64,000 nt of DNA from Antedon mediterranea (Eukaryota; Animalia; Echinodermata). Below the pieces are notes generated by a model. The model was not told the origin of the DNA and did not search any database. It saw only the letters and a list, made by a program, of their open reading frames with translations. Of the stretch, positions 63,026 to 64,000 are shown piece after piece. The stretch covers positions 25,122,070 through 25,186,069 of the forward strand of contig NC_092671.1 of assembly GCF_964355755.1 (NCBI RefSeq), written 5' to 3'. The position numbers were made by a program, and so were the translations under genes. Positions within the stretch are counted from its first letter, which is position 1; every line of letters starts with the position of its first letter.

Positions 63026-64000
63026 TAAGGTGCACTATGCTAAAAGCAAATGAGCTTATCATTGAAAAGGAAAATGGCAGAGAAAAATATGGAGTTAAAA
63101 GGGTGAATTTTTAAACTTGCATTAAAATTATCAATTGAAGTTTCCTGTCAAATAGAGATAGGTAAACAATTCCAAGGGAAGAAATGGGCCCAAGAAAAAA
63201 ATGAAAACCATAATGCATAGCGATGCTTTGTTGAAAGTATAATTTCTTAACCTTAAGTATGTTAAGAATTTTGCAACTTAAAGTATGTAGCGATATGTTC
63301 AGGTATTTTACATGTAACAATTTCTACATTATTTTAATACAAAATGTAAATAAACATTGTAAAAATATTTATTATGTCCAACCAAGTTTACTGTGTAAAT
63401 CATGCTGTTTACATATTATTCTATCGTAAGCCTATCGTAGACCAGCACAGACAATGATAAATAAAAATAACAAAATAATCACCGAAAACTTAATTTAGCA
63501 AAAAAATGCCTACATAGGAGTAACATTTACTTATTGTTTCTTTGATAAGAATACAGTCTGTAAAATCAAAACACTGCAATTCATTTCAATGTGAAAACAA
63601 AATACTAATATTTAATATCTGATAAATGTTGTTGTTGGGATTAACAGTACAGTATATACATTTCGGTACCAACGTTAAACCATAAGTAATAATTAATTAT
63701 TACTCTATGGTTAAAAAAAAACAATATAAATATAAACAGTTCTATTATACAGTTAAATATTACTACTCTTACTATACTATTTATTGCGCCATCAAATTTG
63801 CTCGATTTACAAAAAAAACCGCATGTCAAGGTTTGAAAATCTGTAAAGAAATATGATAAAATGTGTCCCGAATAACCTGGAGCCTACTTCAACGAAGGAC
63901 TTGCAACTGGATGATAACACTGGTGGCTTGAACCCAACATCTTAATTATTGTCTAAGTATCATGGAAAATTTCAAAATGCAATGTGACGATGTTTTTTAC

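Larger units (their letters stand above)
54352..64000. repeat. 5,891-bp tandem segmental duplication (unit B 54352-60242; unit C 60243 to window end), paralogous to about 44320-47998
   Basis: Constant 5,891 offset between ORF pairs (56441/62332, 57220/63111, 57750/63641) and between the junction sequences. Confidence 0.96.

Overview
AT-rich, intron-rich metazoan genomic DNA; an invertebrate deuterostome such as an echinoderm is my inference from gene structure and repeat content, and the taxon is not proven. Left to right: (1) about 31 tandem tRNA-Gly(TCC) genes and pseudogenes (137-bp period, minus strand) ending in a fold-back inversion, apparently inside an intron of (2) an NMDA receptor GluN1 gene whose last 7 coding exons lie at 5054-8417; (3) a 58-bp minisatellite; (4) a three-exon, 147-aa minus-strand gene, only partly in the ORF track, that looks like a BID-type BH3 protein with an IEVD|G caspase-8-type site just before its BH3 motif (the main finding); (5) a 25-aa RPL41 gene in 12/23/43-nt coding exons; (6) a divergent RPL41/TAF5 intergenic region holding two mirror-image copies of one promoter-like module and a possible spliced non-coding transcript; (7) an 18-exon TAF5 gene full of nested transposons, with its stop-codon region repeated five times in tandem; (8) an ankyrin/coiled-coil gene whose 3' part is repeated in a 5,891-bp tandem duplication carrying a Helitron; (9) an intronless class A GPCR. 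All gene models were assembled by hand from splice signals and remembered homology; no searches were run.
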